64,000 nt of DNA from Octopus vulgaris (lineage: Eukaryota). The first letter of the stretch is position 1, and each line of letters starts with the position of its first letter. Of the stretch, positions 51,113 to 64,000 are shown piece after piece. The notes beneath the pieces are model-generated. The model saw only the letters and a program-made list of their open reading frames with translations. It had not been told where the DNA came from and searched no databases. The position numbers and the translations under genes were made by a program. The DNA lies in NCBI GenBank assembly GCA_951406725.2, contig OX597818.1, forward strand, positions 9,486,001 through 9,550,000. The letters are read 5' to 3'.

Positions 51113-53559
51113 TTATTACTACTGCTAGTTTAGAAGAGAACTGTCTTTTCTGAGCTTTGTGCTTTGTTGTTTCATGAATAGACAGTCGTCCGTATACTTT
51201 GGTGGTACTCATAATAGACTGTCAATTTTTTGGTATAATAAATATATATGCATCATCCTCTCTATCCAAAGTATTTAAATCTATATCAGAATATTTCTGC
51301 TTATATATATAATGATATACTCAAAATCTTACGTACGCGCGCTCGCATACGCGCACACATGGTGGTATTGATAGTGTTGATGGTCACATTGGTACCGATT
51401 GTTGTCGTAATAACAATGATGGTGGAAGTGTTAGCGTGTGTGTTGTTTGATGGTGGTGTACTGTTTATAGTAATGATACGTTTGCCGGCAATAATTATTA
51501 TGATTCTAAAAATGTTGACAATAACTCTATCATCCTGGAATCCATGAGTAATTGATACCTCTGTAGACTTTGCTCTGCTGACATGGTAAGTTCTCAGACT
51601 ATTACGCTTGCTTAGTGCTGACCTTTGCCCTAAAACCCTGAAATCATCCATCATCTCTGATGTTTTTAAACAATGCCTTCACCTCTGTCTCGGAAACAGA
51701 TATCTGCTGAATTGGATTTTTGTTAAGAGATAAAGAGAGAATCAAAATTGTCTCTCTATTACTTGACTTTAATTCTTATTGACACATGACGATAACACCC
51801 ATGTTGCTGGGATGACGGCTTATGCACATATTTCAGAGAAGTTACCAGAATTCTCTAACGCCGCTTAGCATAAACAGGACAGTAGCTGTGCTTTGTAAGA
51901 AAGACTGCCCCGCCACACACACACACATACACGCACACTACCCCTTCTCTCTCTCTCTCACACACATACATCAATACACACGTGCAAGCACATACATCTA
52001 ATTTTGTGTATGTATAGTTAGAAATACATATGCTTTTAAGAATTATGTACGTATATTAAACAATGATTAAGCATTATCTCATCAACTAATACAGAAATTA
52101 AAATAACTGTAACTTCTCAAGATATGACTCTTACATACACACATATGCATATACATGCATGCATATATTAGGCAATCTTTCTAATGACCACTCTAAGTTA
52201 TATCTGACTGCTGTTGTTATTGTTACTGTGTAATCATAGTTCTCTTGTGATCAAGCAGATCAAATACCAAAAGGGGACAATCACATATGTCAAGGATTAT
52301 ATTGTCCAGTGCATCTCTCCTCTATGTTGGTAAGCTATGGTTCATGTGAAACTTGATTGCAAACCTTGTAGAGTTCGTTCATAAGCTGATTTTCGTTCTA
52401 TAGGAAAAATGCCCGGACGAGATTGCTTGTGTTGGCTAATATTCTCTTCCACGTTTGTTTTTGTCGACTACTTTTCTTGGATACGGGCGAATACAGAAAG
52501 TTTCATTTCTTGGTAAAACGGGAGTAATAATATATGGGAATATTGGATTAGTAGCAAGGCCTACAGTAGAAACAGAGTAAGCATGAGAGGAAGAGGAGAG
52601 ATAATTGGGAGCAATAGGCCTTGGTGAAGATGCGTAACCGATTAATTCCAGTACCGAGAAGCCATTGTATTATCATCATTCAATTATAAGAAATATTAGC
52701 GAAGCTTTGCTCGATTTTAGCCTTTCTCCTATCATAACTTGAAGTTTTGTGGTACTAAAATTACAAAGTCGAAATAAAATTTACTGTAGTATATTTAGTT
52801 TCGAACCAATTTCTTTTGCAAGTGAAATGGTAAAAGATTCCCGTGGAAGAATTACTATATCAATTTAAGGAAAATAGCGTTTCCTTTTATGTCCAATGTA
52901 TTTTGCGTTAGTATTATATATTGTAAAACTTTCCAAATAATTATTCGTGCTTGTAGACAATTCACTGAATCGTTCAGAAGACGAACCGGAATAGTATTTG
53001 TAACCATGAAAAAAATTATGTCATAAGATTAAGTAATTCTTTCTTCAATAGTTCCATAATAGAACACTTTTACGGATACCAGATTGAAGCTTAGCAGTCT
53101 ATCTTAATGTTCTTCCCTTGTAAAAATTTTGCAGTAATATAGGAATAAGAGGTGACAAAAGACAAAATTTTAATGCGGAGTCAAAAGTTAGCTATCTAAT
53201 AATATTATCTAGATTGTGTAAGCCCAAGATTAGCCGTGACCAAGCTGGCGTAAATAAGATACCGCATTCATGAACCTTGCATTCTTTATCATACTTTTTA
53301 TTTATAAGATTTAAGATTATATTATGAAATGTGTCTGTTTGCATTTTTTCTTTCTTAGGGGTGGGGGCTGGTTGTTCTGGTGGGAATTTTGCTGTAATCA
53401 CTAAGAAGCGTGAGTTTATATAAAGGTGCTCCGTTGATTGGAACCATCTTATTATTCCTCAACAATACTCTTGAATAATATGTTTTATTGGTTTCATATG
53501 TATAAAGAGGGTGTGCACGCTTTGTGCCTACAGGCACTCCCAAACAGGAAACTCTTCCT

Positions 53560-54320
53560 TATCCTTTTTATGTCATAAATTTGCTCTGTCAATGTATGTC
53601 TTTTACATTCTTCATTCCCAACCAAGTTCTTCCAGGAGATATCTGGTCATTCGCGCAGTATGATGGGGGATGATCCAAATTTTGCTTTCTAAAGAGGGGT
53701 ATTTTTATCCGATGTTGCCTTTAAACGCATTACCTGTCGGCAGAAAACATCGGCTTTCACTGTTTGGATTTTTGATTAGCAACTAGTTATTAACGGTTCC
53801 TTGTACATACCACAATACACTCAGAAAATCTTTCTTGGATGTAGGCTTGCACTTGGCTGATGTGAAGGATTTCCAGCCTTAGCCTAAAAGCGTTTAAAGC
53901 TAAAGAGTATGCAATGATGCACAATAATAAAAACGCTATTTGCGATACTCTGCTGACAGGTCATGTGTTAGTCCTATTCCAAAACTTGATACTTTCCCAA
54001 GCCTTTTCAGTTCACGATAGACACTTATGTGAGTTACTTTGAACTGCACACTATGTTCCCTAACTGTAATAGCAGGGTTAGCTTCAACGTTTTTCATTGT
54101 CTCAGAATCAAGTTCTCTTGGGCTACTTCCCCTTTGTCTATCTTTTAGGTGAAGTCCCTCTATTCTGAAACGAAAAATCCACCTCCCTACATGTTCTTTC
54201 ACAAACTACGCCATCACCATAAGTTCTTTTGATGGATTTTGCAGTTACATTTGTATTATTCTCTCTGCGAAATTCTTAGAGTATGGCATGATGAATGTGT
54301 TGTTTACTTTAACCAAATAT
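53560..54320 (-). pseudogene. Highly degenerate mariner transposase
   Basis: Fragments read KQHIHHAIL, WIFRFR...RGSSPRELD...LKRLGKVS...LTHDLS, HPRK and ADVFCRQVMRL, with a HPP-like motif near 53670. Confidence 0.75.
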
Positions 54321-54509
54321 GGGGTCGAGATGTATGATTTTCAAATAATTTGCTCTGAATTTGAAAGAAAATGAGAAAAATTAGCAAGTATCATGAACAG
54401 ATTGTACTTAAGTAAATTTTGATCTGTGTTTCCCATCGAAAAATAGAATATACATACGTATACTGCTTACATATCAAATTGCCACCGGGCAATTATTTTG
54501 ACTTCTGGA

Positions 54510-54700
54510 ATCGGCAGAACCGTTAGCACGCCAGACAATATGCTTGGCAGCATTTCGTCCGCCTTAACCTTCTGAGACCAAATTACGTCGAGTTTGACTT
54601 AGACATTCATCCTTTCGGAAGTCGCAGCACTAGGGTCGATGTAATTGATTGTTACCCTTCTTCAAAATTTCAATCATTGTGCCTATAGTATAAAGAATTC
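54510..54700 (+). mobile_element. SINE family 3 copy
   Basis: ggcagaaccgttagcacgcc...catttcgtc...cattcatcctttcgg...gggtcgatgtaattga matches 16007-16217. Confidence 0.8.
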
Positions 54701-54999
54701 TTTTAAGCTATGGTGTTACTAAGGGCTCATAAAATGACGATTCACTGAGAAGGCCTAATAAATTCGAAACATGTCTTAAAGTTATCATTTTCTAGACAAA
54801 TATTAGGCTCACCCCATACCACCATTTGCCACTAATTGATTTTCTCTATCGAATTTATAATTGATTTTAATTAATTTAAATGATTTATCTTATTACAGAC
54901 ATTGTGTTAGTAACCACTTAATTAGATACACTGTCTGACTGAGCAATTGTTTACTCAATTATGGTAGACGTGGGAAGCATCAACAACAAAAACCATAAC

Positions 55000-55077
<78 letters not shown>
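55000..55077. repeat. (AGT)n microsatellite
   Basis: Visible directly in the sequence. Confidence 0.97.
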
Positions 55078-55717
55078 TGATGTTGTATGTCATCCCCAGC
55101 CAACCAGTGTTATTGATTATGCATATTAATAGTCTGATTTGAATATTGTACGCCATCTTTTGTTTTGCAATGCTATATATATGTCTATGTTTATTTAAAC
55201 GTAACAGTTTTCAATAGATTTTAATTTCACACTTGTTAAAGCTGAATTATTAAATCTCAGGTTTTATGGTAGTATCGTTACTGTGACTGACGATGTTGCT
55301 CACGATATTCATTTACATTTTTCTACATTCAAATTTCCAATCCGTCGGATTCGGTTGAGGCTTGAAACTTTCTGGTGTTTTGCTGAGCTAGGATCAATAA
55401 CATCGAAAATACCAAGACTACGCAAACCTGTTTAGTATACGCTCCGCACGACTAAATTTACACACGCGTTTTATTGTGGGGTACACATTTTATTACAAAT
55501 AAAATTGTATAAGTATTAAAAAATCCACATAGGCGATAATGTTTATTCACAAACGTAGTTTTATGTAATTTTATTTTTAAACTGCTACATGTAAGTTTCA
55601 TACATTTTGTCTATCTATCTGAAGGTATGTCAGTCCATCTGTTTGACTATCTGTCTCTTTATCTATTAAATTATTTCCCTCCCGCTCACTCTCTTTGTCT
55701 CTATCTCTCTTTCGCTT

Positions 55718-55750
<33 letters not shown>

Positions 55751-55946
55751 CGTGTATATATATATATAAAATTATATATGGTAGTGCTCCAGTCTTATGG
55801 TGGTGCTCCAGCATGACCTCAGCCACCAGGAGGAAAGACATAAAATAATAAAAGAATATATATATGTATAATAATATGAATAATATATATATTATTTATA
55901 TCACTATATAATCGAAAGCCACGCATGCATTTCCATGTAAGTTTTA

Positions 55947-56033
<87 letters not shown>

Positions 56034-56129
56034 AATATATACACACATATATATTTATATACATATATATATATGCAATATATATATACATACATACATA
56101 TATACATACATATATATATTATACATACG

Positions 56130-56202
<73 letters not shown>

Positions 56203-56719
56203 ATGTATATATGTACATATGTATATATGTATAAGAGAAACACAGAAAGAGAGCAGGAGAGAAATGAATAAAATAATGAAGAGATAGATAGACAAACAGA
56301 TGGACAGCCAGACCTTTAGATAAATAGTCAGACTATACATACATACATATATATATATATGAACTTTGTTGACTCTTTTTAACGTTATCCAATGTATTTA
56401 ATGCGGAAGAATGAACTACGGAAATATCAAACAAAAAAGATGCAAAATTTTCATTTCGGTAACATAAAATTAGACTGCTAAAAATAAAGCTAAAGAAGAA
56501 AACAACTGAGATATTTTAATATTTATTCTCTGAATAAATGTCTTATGAAAACATGGGAGAAAGCAACAAAAAAATTGCAGATATATTTTAAGCAGATACT
56601 ATCTTACGTTATTAACTCAGTCTGCTGTATCATATTCAATGATGAATAGACAAGGCTACATTTATCAAGCTAGTAAAACAACTAACTATACACTGTTAGT
56701 ATATGTTTTGTTGTACCTT

Positions 56720-57150
56720 ATCTTGATCGTCAGTCTCTGAGAATCTGGACAATATTCTGCGAAGGCTGAACGAATCTTTTTGTAAAGATTGCGTCATCCA
56801 ATCTTTCGCAACCATCATTGCAGAGCACATCAGTTCACAACAGTATGTTGAGATGTATAGTGAGTTGTGACGTGACAATTATGTCTCCATCCTAGGGCAT
56901 TTCCTTTCGTGAACTTTTTTCCAGGATTCATATTTAGAGGGGAATTTCTAGATCATCTGAATGCCCAGGTTGTGGTGCAATTTTGATATTTCCACAGCAG
57001 GTGACTCTCTTTGAAATTTGAAAATTGGTGAAACAGCGTTCACTACATCACTCATGAATGGATTACTAGAAAGTGTACGTAGGGATATAGCGGTTTCTAT
57101 TTCTCTTCAAACCTGGTAACGAAATAACCAAATATTCTTCGTAATTTATT
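56720..57150 (-). pseudogene. Possible very old mariner-like remnant
   Basis: An IKLHHN-like stretch (LHHDN motif) lies near 56990. There is little other support. Confidence 0.3.
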
Positions 57151-58399
57151 CTTCTATCCTCCCGGGTTGTGTTCTTTTAATTTAATATCAACGAATGTAT
57201 CTATCCCCCTCGACTAAAACTGAAGTTTCTTGATAATAGAATTCTTCGAAAAAGCTTTACCTTTATTCTGAAAACTGAACTTGTCTAAGCTTATTTCAAG
57301 AAATTCTCTACACATCTAAGTGCAAATTTGAGAGATCGGAGATATTCAATATAACGGTAAGAAACATCAGATCTTGCACCCACTCGTAACTTACCCGTTT
57401 AAGATACTATATAATCTGCTCTAGGAAGCAAAAATAATTTCAACAGATTCACAAACCTATTATAACAAGGTTAATGACAGCCACCAGCCAATGCAGTAGA
57501 AAAATACATGAGTGGTTCATTTCAGGTAGAATCTTTATATCAAATTATAACGTCTTAAATAAGGAAGAACTCATTGGACAATGTGTTCTCTAACGTACAA
57601 AAATACATGATGATCGTGTTTGGTAAAACGTTGATCAAAAATTAAATATGACTAAGGACAATCGTCTCAACAGCAGTTGAAATCACATCAATTCTATTTG
57701 GTAAACATTATATAAACAAGAGGATAAATAATAAAAACGTCTACTCCGTGATAGTAAAGCTGTATCTGAGATATATTAGGACTATGTTGCTGATGACAGA
57801 TGTAGAGTTGTTGATAAAACAGCGAATTCATATCGTTGATTGAATATAGAGTAAATGTCGAAAAATATATATGTTGCTAAGATTAATGCACACCCACACG
57901 CACACACATATACATACGTCTGAGTACGTACGTGTATGTACGTATGTATGCATGTAGGTAGGTAGGTATGTGTGGCATTTTATACTTACAATAAAGATAA
58001 CTGTTCCCTTGAGGTTGACAGGTACAATTTAGAGTCATATAATTGCTGACACATAAGAGAATTATGGCGGTAACCTCAACATTACATTGGGACTTCTTCT
58101 CTAGATACTGGAAAGATCTACTATATCGTTGTCCCTTGTGGGATTGAAAATCAGAATTGACATAGGTTTAGGATATAGTAATTTTGTTTGCAGCTATATA
58201 TATTTATATAATTTACTGAGGGTGCACACACACACACACATACACACACACAAAAACATACATACACACAAACACATGATTATAATTATATATATGTACA
58301 AATATACGTATGTATGTGTGTGTATGAGTGTGCAAGCATATACACGTTATGTTTGCGTATATATGTATGTACACGAATCTGTGTGTGTGAATATATATA

Positions 58400-60978
58400 T
58401 GGAAAATAGTAAAAAGTGAAAAAACTACAGAAGGCTTGTTTTAAAAGGTTAAAATATATATTTGAGTCATTATGTCAGAAGAATGTTATAGAATTTTTTC
58501 ATACAGTGATATAGTTTTTAAAGAAATTACCGGTTTCGTGTTAACTTTTCAAATTTCTCAAAACGTCGTGTTGTCTTCGTTATGAAGAGTAAAGAAGAGT
58601 TCCAGGCAGGGGGAGGTAATAAGTGATTTCTTCCGGTGTAAGGGAGATAATCGCTTTATATTTCTTTTCCCTTTTATTTAATAGGGTGAGTTTCTCTGTA
58701 TAAGAATGTTAGAGTGGTTAAGTTTGGGCTTATATTTTTCAATGAAGAATGTTTCCTTGTTTAGTCTAATTTGTGTTGGTGTTCCAATAGCACATTGATA
58801 AAATGGAAAGATTAAAAATTGTGGTAGTGGTTGCTTTGCGCATTTCTCAATATGCTCACTAAAGGGTATCATTCTGTATTCTGGGGATGCAATCTGTTGT
58901 CGATGCAGTGTGCATCTACGTCTGAGTGATAGTCCCGTGAAACCCACGTAGTTTTGGTAGCAGCCCGAGCATCTTATGACATAAATTATGTTTTCAGAAG
59001 CACAAGTAAAATTAGATTTTATCTTGAATTTTTGTCCCTCTTTGAAGAGGAATTATGATCCTTCTAGAAGGTTTGGGCATGTTTCGCAGTTTGGTCTACC
59101 ACATTTTTTAACTTTTGCATCCGTAATTTCAGAAAATAATTTTGCCTTTGTGAGAATCTTTTTAAGTGATTTAGGTTGTTTGTAGCTTTTAATGATTTTA
59201 TGTATGTTTAGAATTTCCTTTAATTTGGGGTCCTTATGAAGTATTGGTAAATTCTGGGTGATGATGGTGAAGGCTTCTTTGTTTCTAGGGTTGTATGTGG
59301 ATATGTAAGGCAGTATTTTCGGGGAAGGTGTGTTGTTGTGTTGAACTTTTCTCAAAGTTTCTATGTCGATTTCTGTTGCACGTCTGATCCCATCCTCTAT
59401 GAGTTGAGCAGGGTAGTGTCTGTCAATTAGGGTGTTTTTGAGTTCTTGTAGTCTAAAGTTCCTGGTATTTTGTTCTGACACTATTGTGCATATCCTTTTT
59501 GCAAGGTTGAAAGGGATGTTTGTTTTAGTGTGCCTTGGGTGGCATGAATCAAAAAGTAGGTATTGTTTAGTGTCTGTGGCTTTGTAAAAAATGTCTGTTT
59601 CTATTTTAAGGTTAATTTTTTTAATTAGTATATCTAAGAATGGAAGCTCCTTTTGGTTGTATTCCATTGTGAACTGTATATTTGGGTTCATGCTGTTCAA
59701 TAGGTTTTTGAATTTTAGGAGTTTATCTGTGTTTTCATTCCAGAGTATAAAACAATCGTCCAGGAATCGTTTCCAATTCTCTTTTATGTATTGAGAGAGG
59801 GGGTTTCCAAAGGTCGATAAAGATTCCTGGTATACAATTATTTCCAGGTAGCCCATTGTTAGGTTCGCAATGACTGGTGCTGCCCTTGTACCCATAGCAA
59901 TTCCGGATTTTTGACGGTAAAATGTATTGTCAAACACGAAGTGGTTATTATGTAGGATGAATTCAACCGATTTAGTAATGAATTCTTTACTGATCCTTTT
60001 TGGTATTTCTTCCGGAAATTGGTCCAGCCAGAACTGTATTGCCTCTAGTTCATAATTATGAGGTATACTGGTATATAAATTAACTACATCAAATGAAACC
60101 ATGATTGTTTCTTCCTTGAGTTTTTTTGGAAGGTGGTTTAACATATCCAAGTCATCTCTGATATGACTATCGATATGTTTAAGGAAGGATTTCAGGAGGA
60201 TGTCCATAAATAGACTTAATCTGTGTGTTTCACAGGTTGGGCCAGCTACAATGGGTCGTAGTTTTAGGTCCCCCGGGTTAGATGTGTGTATGTATGTATT
60301 TGGTGATTTTTAATGGTTTCATTTATAATTTGGCTTTTATGTATTTTTGGCAGACCATAGAAGAGGCTAGGCTTGCATTTAAAGTTTGTTAGAAAGTCAA
60401 TCTCTTTGGTTGTTAGTTCCTTTTCATGGGTTTTAATTAGTGAAGATAGAGTTTTCATTATTTTTTGCGGGGTGTAGTTGGTGATTTTTTCATAATGTTG
60501 ATTGTCATCAAGCAAGGAAATTACAAGATTTCTATAGTATGATGTATCCATTATTGCAACTGCACTTCCTTTGTCTGCTTCCTTAATGGTTATATCTTCA
60601 TCATTTTGAAGTTCTATCAGTTCTTTCCATTGTGCAGTGCTAAAATTTGAGTTAACTGTCTGTTTATGTATAGTATGGTAGGGAAAGTTCTCAATGTGGC
60701 TGCAGAACTCGTCAAGATCTTTATTTCTTCCTCTGTTGGGGATGTGTTCACTTTTGTTCTTGACTAGTGATTCATCTTCAGTATTGAAACTGGTTGATGC
60801 TTCTGCTAGTCTTAATTTTCTGCAGAATTCTGTTATATTATCCTTGATTTCATTTAGGTTCGCTCTGCGTGGAGTTGGCGTAAATTTGAGCCCTTTTGAG
60901 AGGATGTCATTTTTTATGTTAGAGAGAGGTTTGGTTGAAAGGTTGATTATCTTCGGTTTTTCCTTATTACTAGGTTCC
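58400..60978 (-). mobile_element. 5'-truncated Penelope-like element (Neptune-type) with 3' non-coding tail
   Basis: The RT + GIY-YIG coding region spans 58678-60978. The 5' end abuts a TA microsatellite. The extent of the 3' tail is approximate. Confidence 0.9.
58678..60978 (-). pseudogene. PLE reverse transcriptase-GIY-YIG endonuclease, nearly intact
   Basis: Motifs in order: IINLS, LSKGLKF, ADKG, FYGLPKIHK, LRPIVA, SFDVVNLYTSIP, GIAMG, WKRFLDD, FLDI, SCHP, linker CGRPNCETC, IIYVIRCSGC..NYVG. Only one frameshift (~60310) and one in-frame TAA (59053-59055) are apparent. Confidence 0.95.
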
Positions 60979-61169
60979 ATATATATATGTATATATATAT
61001 ACATATAATAGGATACATATATATATATATACATGAAGACTGTACCGAACATAATGCAAAATTGCATAACATTTATTAACTGAAATATGTCTTTCATATT
61101 TCATATGCTGGATAGTAACATCTCCATTATAGAAACTTTTCTCTCATATTCTGTGTCACAGACAAATAA

Positions 61170-62110
61170 TGGGTTTGAAGCAGAAGCAAAATGTCATCAT
61201 TGAATTCTTGACAATCGTGTATTGGAGGGTGTTTTATATCCACTGAAAGCTACAGGCTGTTTACGGATATGTTACTAATCGAAATAATGTGGAAGTGTGG
61301 ATGAAGTTAAAAGAAGACATAACGCTAAGAGAACGTAATAATTCGAGCAGACAGATGAATCAAGTCAGTGAACTTGCTGCACAACTAGTCTACGCAAGAA
61401 ATTACAGAAGGTGACTGAAGATACAATTTGGTATCTGAAAGTGTCTAACACAGCAGTTGACATCTGATTTGAAGAAAAAGTATGGTGAAAATATGCTCAG
61501 ATCTATTGAATGCGCGCAGGATTTGCTTATCTGGTGACCGGGAATTAAGCGTGGGGATGTATTTCGATGCTACTAGAGTGATGGATCGATCCATGGTGTG
61601 TTATTATACCTCTTATTCACCGCCAAAGAATTGAAAACAACAGCAATCAGCCCAGAAAATCATAGTCACTGCTTTGGAGACATTGTAAGGTCAATCTCCT
61701 CGATTTTCTAGAAAATGTATGTACTGTAAAAAGTGGATGTACATTATGATACTCAAAAGCTTTGAAAAGCTATTGGTAAGATACAACCGAGGAAGAATTT
61801 GAAATGATTTGCATTCCCTGTAACAATGCAAACAATTGGAAAATCATCAGCAATTTGGTCAGTTTAGTGGGTCTTCCCATCCACCGTATAACCCTGATTC
61901 AAACATCCGACATCCAACTGTTCAATCCAAAGAAGAACAATTTTAGAGCATTCTCGTGATGGGCTTATTGCTTGTGATGGAGACTAAGGTGAGATTTCGT
62001 ATAAAAGAAAAACTAGTAACGTCCAAAAATAAAAAAATATTTCACGGCGCTGACCAAGATGTCTACAACAAACGCGAATTCAGAAGTCTGATAGTTGCCT
62101 ACAAGGACAG
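61170..62110 (+). pseudogene. Highly degenerate mariner transposase
   Basis: N-terminal KQNVIIEFL (~61185) and HPPYNPD (~61879). There are many stops and frameshifts. Confidence 0.65.
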
Positions 62111-62844
62111 ACATACTTGGGTAGCTCAGTCGTCTATGAAGGTGAGGTCAAATCTGTTTCGCCAAATAAGGGAACGGAAAACCAGAGGATGTTAGAAAAT
62201 GTGAAAATGACTTCAAAACAGTTACGTAAACTAGTATTATATTTCAAGCACGTAGACAAAAATAAAATCATAACCAACCATATATAAAAACTGAAGGAGG
62301 GCAGTATACTACAAGTTTTAAAATGGAGAATCAATCATAGACTGATCCAAATCATACATTAACGGTTCAAAACATTGCTGACTATATGCAGCTGAATCTA
62401 CATATATCCTTTTAAATGTGAATCAGAAATTTTTACATGGTGCATTTATCTTGACAATTTTTTGCTATCGATATGGAAGATATCTTTCACGCGATCAGAC
62501 ACAGTTTAATGCCCATTAGCCATTTGACTACTCTCACTTATCTTAGTTCGCATTAGAAATAAGCACAATATAGACAAAAAGTATTCTGCATTCAAGTTGT
62601 TAGAAAACTATAACGAAGTTTTAATAAACATATTTATTCCCCTTCAGATGTTTCTTAATGTTTTTTGGGGTTTTTTTTTGTTTCCTTCTTGTAATTTTTC
62701 TCGCTATTTTCGCATTTTCTTGGCGTGACTACGTTATTTGATCCTGAACCATTGCCGATTCGTGCACGATACACTATACAATCCCGTCCAATTATTGTAC
62801 TGTCAAAGTATGACAACTGAAATGGTACACGTATACGTTTGTAC

Positions 62845-62896
<52 letters not shown>

Positions 62897-63323
62897 GTAT
62901 TATTTATATTATTATTTATTTGAACACGACGCATCCATTTCCAAGTATGTTTATATATATCAAAGAAGTTTGTGAGTGGGGCGTATGTCCCTTATTCATT
63001 CGAAAACTGAGTTGCTGATTCTACCGTATAGATATCAGAAGATTCAATAATTTTCCGGCTACCAAATAAAATTAATTTTCATTTAGATATTTTCTACGTT
63101 ATCTCAACAACCAGCATTAGTTATCTGGGAAAAAAAATGACTGCTCTACAACGACCGTGTTTCATCAGAAATTGAAAATAGCTTCACACTTTCAATTTGA
63201 ACCAAAATTACAAAGTGTTGCATTACGAGAGTGACGGTGTGTGAAGAATAAAAGTAATGTTTCTCCGAATTAGTCACATCAGTACTATAATAAAGAAAGC
63301 TGCTTGTCATCTATCTATATATA

Positions 63324-63730
63324 TTAGATCGTCCCATAAGTAACGCGATATTTTCAATTGCATGAACTAAAAGCCGGAAGAGGATGGGATAAACTACCTG
63401 TATCAACTTGTAATAAAAGCAGGTAGTAATTATACCTTGTACTTATTCTTACTGCAAGTCTTGAAGAGTGCAGTTCGGTTTTAACAATTATTTTTTCAAA
63501 GCTATAATGGAAGTGACAAAGGAGCATATTCGGCATATTTTGCTTTATGAGTTCACGAAAGGCAACAAAGCAACGGAAAGTACGAAACATATTAATACTG
63601 AATATTGGGAACGGACAAAAAGAGTAGGTCAGTCTCAACTGTGGTTCTAGAAATTCCGAGCCGGAAATTACAGCCTAGAATATCTGTAGAGCTAGACGAG
63701 GACGTCCTACAAAATCCTGGTTGAATGAAA
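63324..63730 (+). mobile_element. 5' fragment of a mariner of the same family as 39019-40310
   Basis: TA followed by TIR TTAGATCGTCCCATAAGTAACGCG. The 5' UTR is colinear with the reverse complement of 40130-40310. An ATG near 63507 gives MEVTKEHIRHILLYEF. Confidence 0.9.
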
Positions 63731-63880
63731 TTTACTTGTTGTTTCTAGCATATCGAGTTTTTTGGTGGTAGTCTGGCAGTCAAGTATGATTTTAATATAT
63801 TAGGCCTCCAGGCTTCTTCTCTAGGCCATGTTTTCTTTCCTATTCCCTTTTCCTTTTGTTTATTTTTTGGACGCTTTTGT

Positions 63881-63999
63881 ATTCACTCTGATGAAGCTGC
63901 ATGTTCTAGTCTGAATATCCTATGGGGATGAAGAATATTATTTTCGAAATTCTTTCGTAGGCACTGACTGATATCGGAAGCGGAAACGGTCGCAAGAAT
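63881..63999 (+). ncRNA. Candidate degenerate hammerhead with a long helix-II insert
   Basis: CTGATGA (63888-63894) ... GAAAC-G-GTC (63983-63991) in a T-rich PLE-tail-like context. Helices I and II are only partly formed. Confidence 0.3.
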
Positions 64000-64000
64000 T

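Noticed and set aside
51301-51720. 117-aa minus-strand ORF as a host exon
   Set aside because: It has no recognisable domain, the C-terminal half is low-complexity, and I found no convincing splice sites.
54745-54775. CTGAGAA...GAAACATGTC hammerhead-like motif
   Set aside because: The core deviates and neither helix I nor helix II pairs convincingly. It is at most a decayed relic.
58520-58640. Hammerhead expected in the 3' tail of the PLE (minus-strand GAAACCGGTA at ~58528-58538)
   Set aside because: I could not find an upstream CUGANGA with matching helices I and II in this copy.
59053-59055. Programmed read-through or selenocysteine at the RT/endonuclease junction
   Set aside because: The codon is TAA, not TGA, and the copy also has a frameshift. 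A simple nonsense mutation is more parsimonious.
60979-61097. N-terminal 40 aa of ORF 60264..61097
   Set aside because: This is read-through across a flanking TA microsatellite. PLE homology starts only near 60978.
63150-63170. Minus-strand CTGATGAAACACGGTC
   Set aside because: The two core motifs overlap, with no helix II and no helix I.

Overview
This is AT-rich eukaryotic genomic DNA dominated by microsatellites and decayed transposable elements. The SINE, Helitron and simple-repeat content resembles coleoid cephalopod (Octopus-type) genomes, though that is an inference. I found no intact host protein-coding exon, and nearly all listed ORFs are microsatellite read-throughs. Recognisable elements are: several mariner (DD34D) transposon relics, two of them full-length with TIRs; Helitron Rep/PIF1 relics and non-autonomous Helitrons with TC...CTAG ends; a co-oriented pile-up of R4/Dong-clade non-LTR fragments in (TAA)n tracts; a lightly damaged, 5'-truncated Neptune-type Penelope-like element (RT + GIY-YIG); a Chapaev-like relic; and several tRNA-derived SINE families. 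The most interesting signals are non-coding. They include multiple minimal type-I hammerhead ribozyme motifs, one inside a tRNA-headed SINE-like element with an inverted 5' duplication (a candidate Penelope-mobilised ribozyme SINE). Others are a ~500-bp ORF-less repeat embedded in (TAA)n, a ~140-bp-arm palindrome inside a SINE, and two repeat-free islands that look like promoters or non-coding first exons of divergent host genes.
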